Shown here in pieces: positions 62,091 through 64,000 of a DNA stretch of 64,000 nt. The notes under the pieces are model-generated. The model was not told where the DNA came from, did not search any database, and saw nothing but the letters and a program-made list of their open reading frames with translations. Origin of the DNA: Octopus vulgaris (lineage: Eukaryota); assembly GCA_951406725.2 (NCBI GenBank), contig OX597820.1, positions 88,970,001-89,034,000 on the forward strand. Reading direction: 5' to 3'. Numbering within the stretch: position 1 is the stretch's first letter; each line of letters starts with the position of its first letter. Made by a program: the position numbers and the translations under genes.

Positions 62091-63974
62091 GCACACAAAT
62101 ATATATGAATGTATATATGTACACAACACATACAAGAATTATATTTTTGTTACACATAATGTACACATGCATATATGAGGGGAAATATTCTTTCATTTTG
62201 TGAATATAAACTGAAAGTGAGAAATACTGACACTATTTGATGATTTCCAAGTGAATGTAGCAAATAGACATTGTGACCATCCACCTTTTTTTCTTTTTTC
62301 CTTTTCAAAATGTCTTTGGGTACCTGTTTTCAGTAACAGAGTTTTGGAGATTAAGATTTTGCCAACAGAAAAAGAAAAAGTATGACAGCATTTCAAATCT
62401 TCTCCCTAACACCAATATTTTGCTTTTAAACTTTACAATTTTTTTTCTCCCTTTTTTGTTTGTTTGTTTGTTTAGGAGAGTATTCTACATTTAAAAAATA
62501 CTAAGGTAAAAATATTCTTTAAAAATTTTATTTTCAAAATATCAATATTGATTGCATATAGGCAACTGAGTAGACCTATGATCCAACCCATTCCATTGTG
62601 ACCATCCTATATTTGTAGATTTATGTAGGAATACAGTATTTAATACATCCTTTCATTATTTACCACAATTGTAGGGAAATTAGGTTGCTATTTCTAGCAG
62701 GCTAATCAATACTTCGAGGTTTTCTCTTAAGCAAGATGTTTTTCCCCAGTGATTACCACAGCAATAGTGTCATTAACTGTTGCAATGTCAAGAAGACACT
62801 TCAGAAAGGAGCAATTATAGACATCAAATTGATGAATTTGATGAACCAAGTCATCAAAGTGGTGGTGAGTAACAGTACACCTAATTAGGGAGATAATTAA
62901 CTTAGATCATTTCAATTTCAACATTTCAATTCTAAGATAACATTATTATACTTCTGTCAACAGTGGGAGAAAACTCAACTTAATTACTCCACTCATGTGA
63001 TCCAATAAAGGAGCCTGTATTATGGGTAGTCAAACTTGCAAGAAATAGCATCTAAATCTTCAAAGCATGTCCTTCTGTAATAGAAGGGAAGGACATGTTG
63101 CATAATGTGATTTTGGGTTACCATGAGAAAAACAGGATGGTCACATCTTGAACAGTTTTGATTTCATTAAGAAACAAATGATAATTTTTTTTTTCCTATT
63201 ACAGGCATGGAAATTATCATTTTCTACTAAATTGTTGATGCTGAATCCAGATCTGATAATCAAATTTCTGTATCGCATCCAAATTTTGTATAACCAAGTC
63301 CCCAACACACCATTTTCATTCCCTTTCCCATCTTGGCTTCCATTGCATAAAAAGATGTTAATTCTCTTATGCTAGTCATCATCTGTATCATCTTCATTGT
63401 AACAGCTTCTTTTCCATGCTTGCATGGGTTGGATGGAGTTTTATTGAGGCAGATTTTGTTTTTTTTTATAGCTGATTACCCTCCCTGCCAACAGCACTCA
63501 CTTGTTTCCAAACAAGGTAATATTTTCCCATAGCTGAAAATCACATATATGACACTCACTCCATCTAGTCTTCTGTAACAATATAATATTCTTCTGATCT
63601 ATTCTTTTTTCACACTGAGGAGAACGGTAATATGTAATTAATTTGATTATAATTATAATCAAATTAATTTTTTACATGTTAATATTACCGTTCAAAATGA
63701 TCGTATGCATAGATTAAAATTTTATAAAACTTTTAACACCTCCTCTCCATCTTTAATTGTTTGTTGAGTTTCTATAGAATACATGTTCCATAAATGCTCA
63801 TGACACACCTTATACTTATATATATATATATGACAAATCCATTCATAAGACTTTGGTTGGCCTAGGGTTATAGCAGAAGACACCTACCCAGGGTGTCACA
63901 CAGTGGGGCTGAATCCAGAACTATGTGATTGGGAAGCAAACTTTTTACCACACAGCCATACTTAAATAATATCA

Positions 63975-64000
63975 AAATTTGTCTTTCTTTCTTCTGACTA
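63975..64000 (+). other. Probable plus-strand 3' splice acceptor at the window edge (divergent neighbouring gene)
   Basis: Polypyrimidine tract ttgtctttcttttcttctgacta runs to the last base; the G completing the AG would lie outside the window. Confidence 0.3.

Overview
AT-rich, microsatellite- and transposon-saturated eukaryotic DNA. The SINE/LINE repertoire and (TA)n/(TG)n/(CAT)n density look like a coleoid cephalopod (octopus) genome, which is inference only. One minus-strand gene can be assembled by hand from six phase-compatible exons (56742-56649, 39457-39243, 37257-36093, 34467-34420, 10753-10596, 7923-7834; 1770 nt, 589 aa). It encodes an uncharacterised type-I membrane protein: signal peptide, RHRR furin-type site, long Q/N-rich ectodomain, one TM helix, and a short tail with an EDRRLL acidic-dileucine motif. 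A CCAAT/ETS promoter near 57.0 kb may be bidirectional, since a plus-strand splice acceptor appears to lie at the window end. The rest is repeats: tRNA-derived SINE families, RTE-type LINE fragments, decayed mariner/maT transposases, hAT- and piggyBac-like MITEs, a Helitron-like element and a decayed Penelope-like element (RT + GIY-YIG). The most unusual signal is a set of short, mutually unrelated non-coding elements carrying minimal type-I hammerhead ribozyme motifs: fold-backs with hammerheads on both strands (5973-6365, 39736-40218, 57573-57810), elements with a CCGAAGA core (287-356, 59076-59211), and a tRNA-headed hammerhead SINE with a target-site duplication (53568-53910). Together they look like non-autonomous satellites of Penelope-like elements. 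There is also a 177-bp near-perfect intronic hairpin (8158-8525) and several candidate alternative-splicing signals. All calls are by eye; no searches or folding were run.
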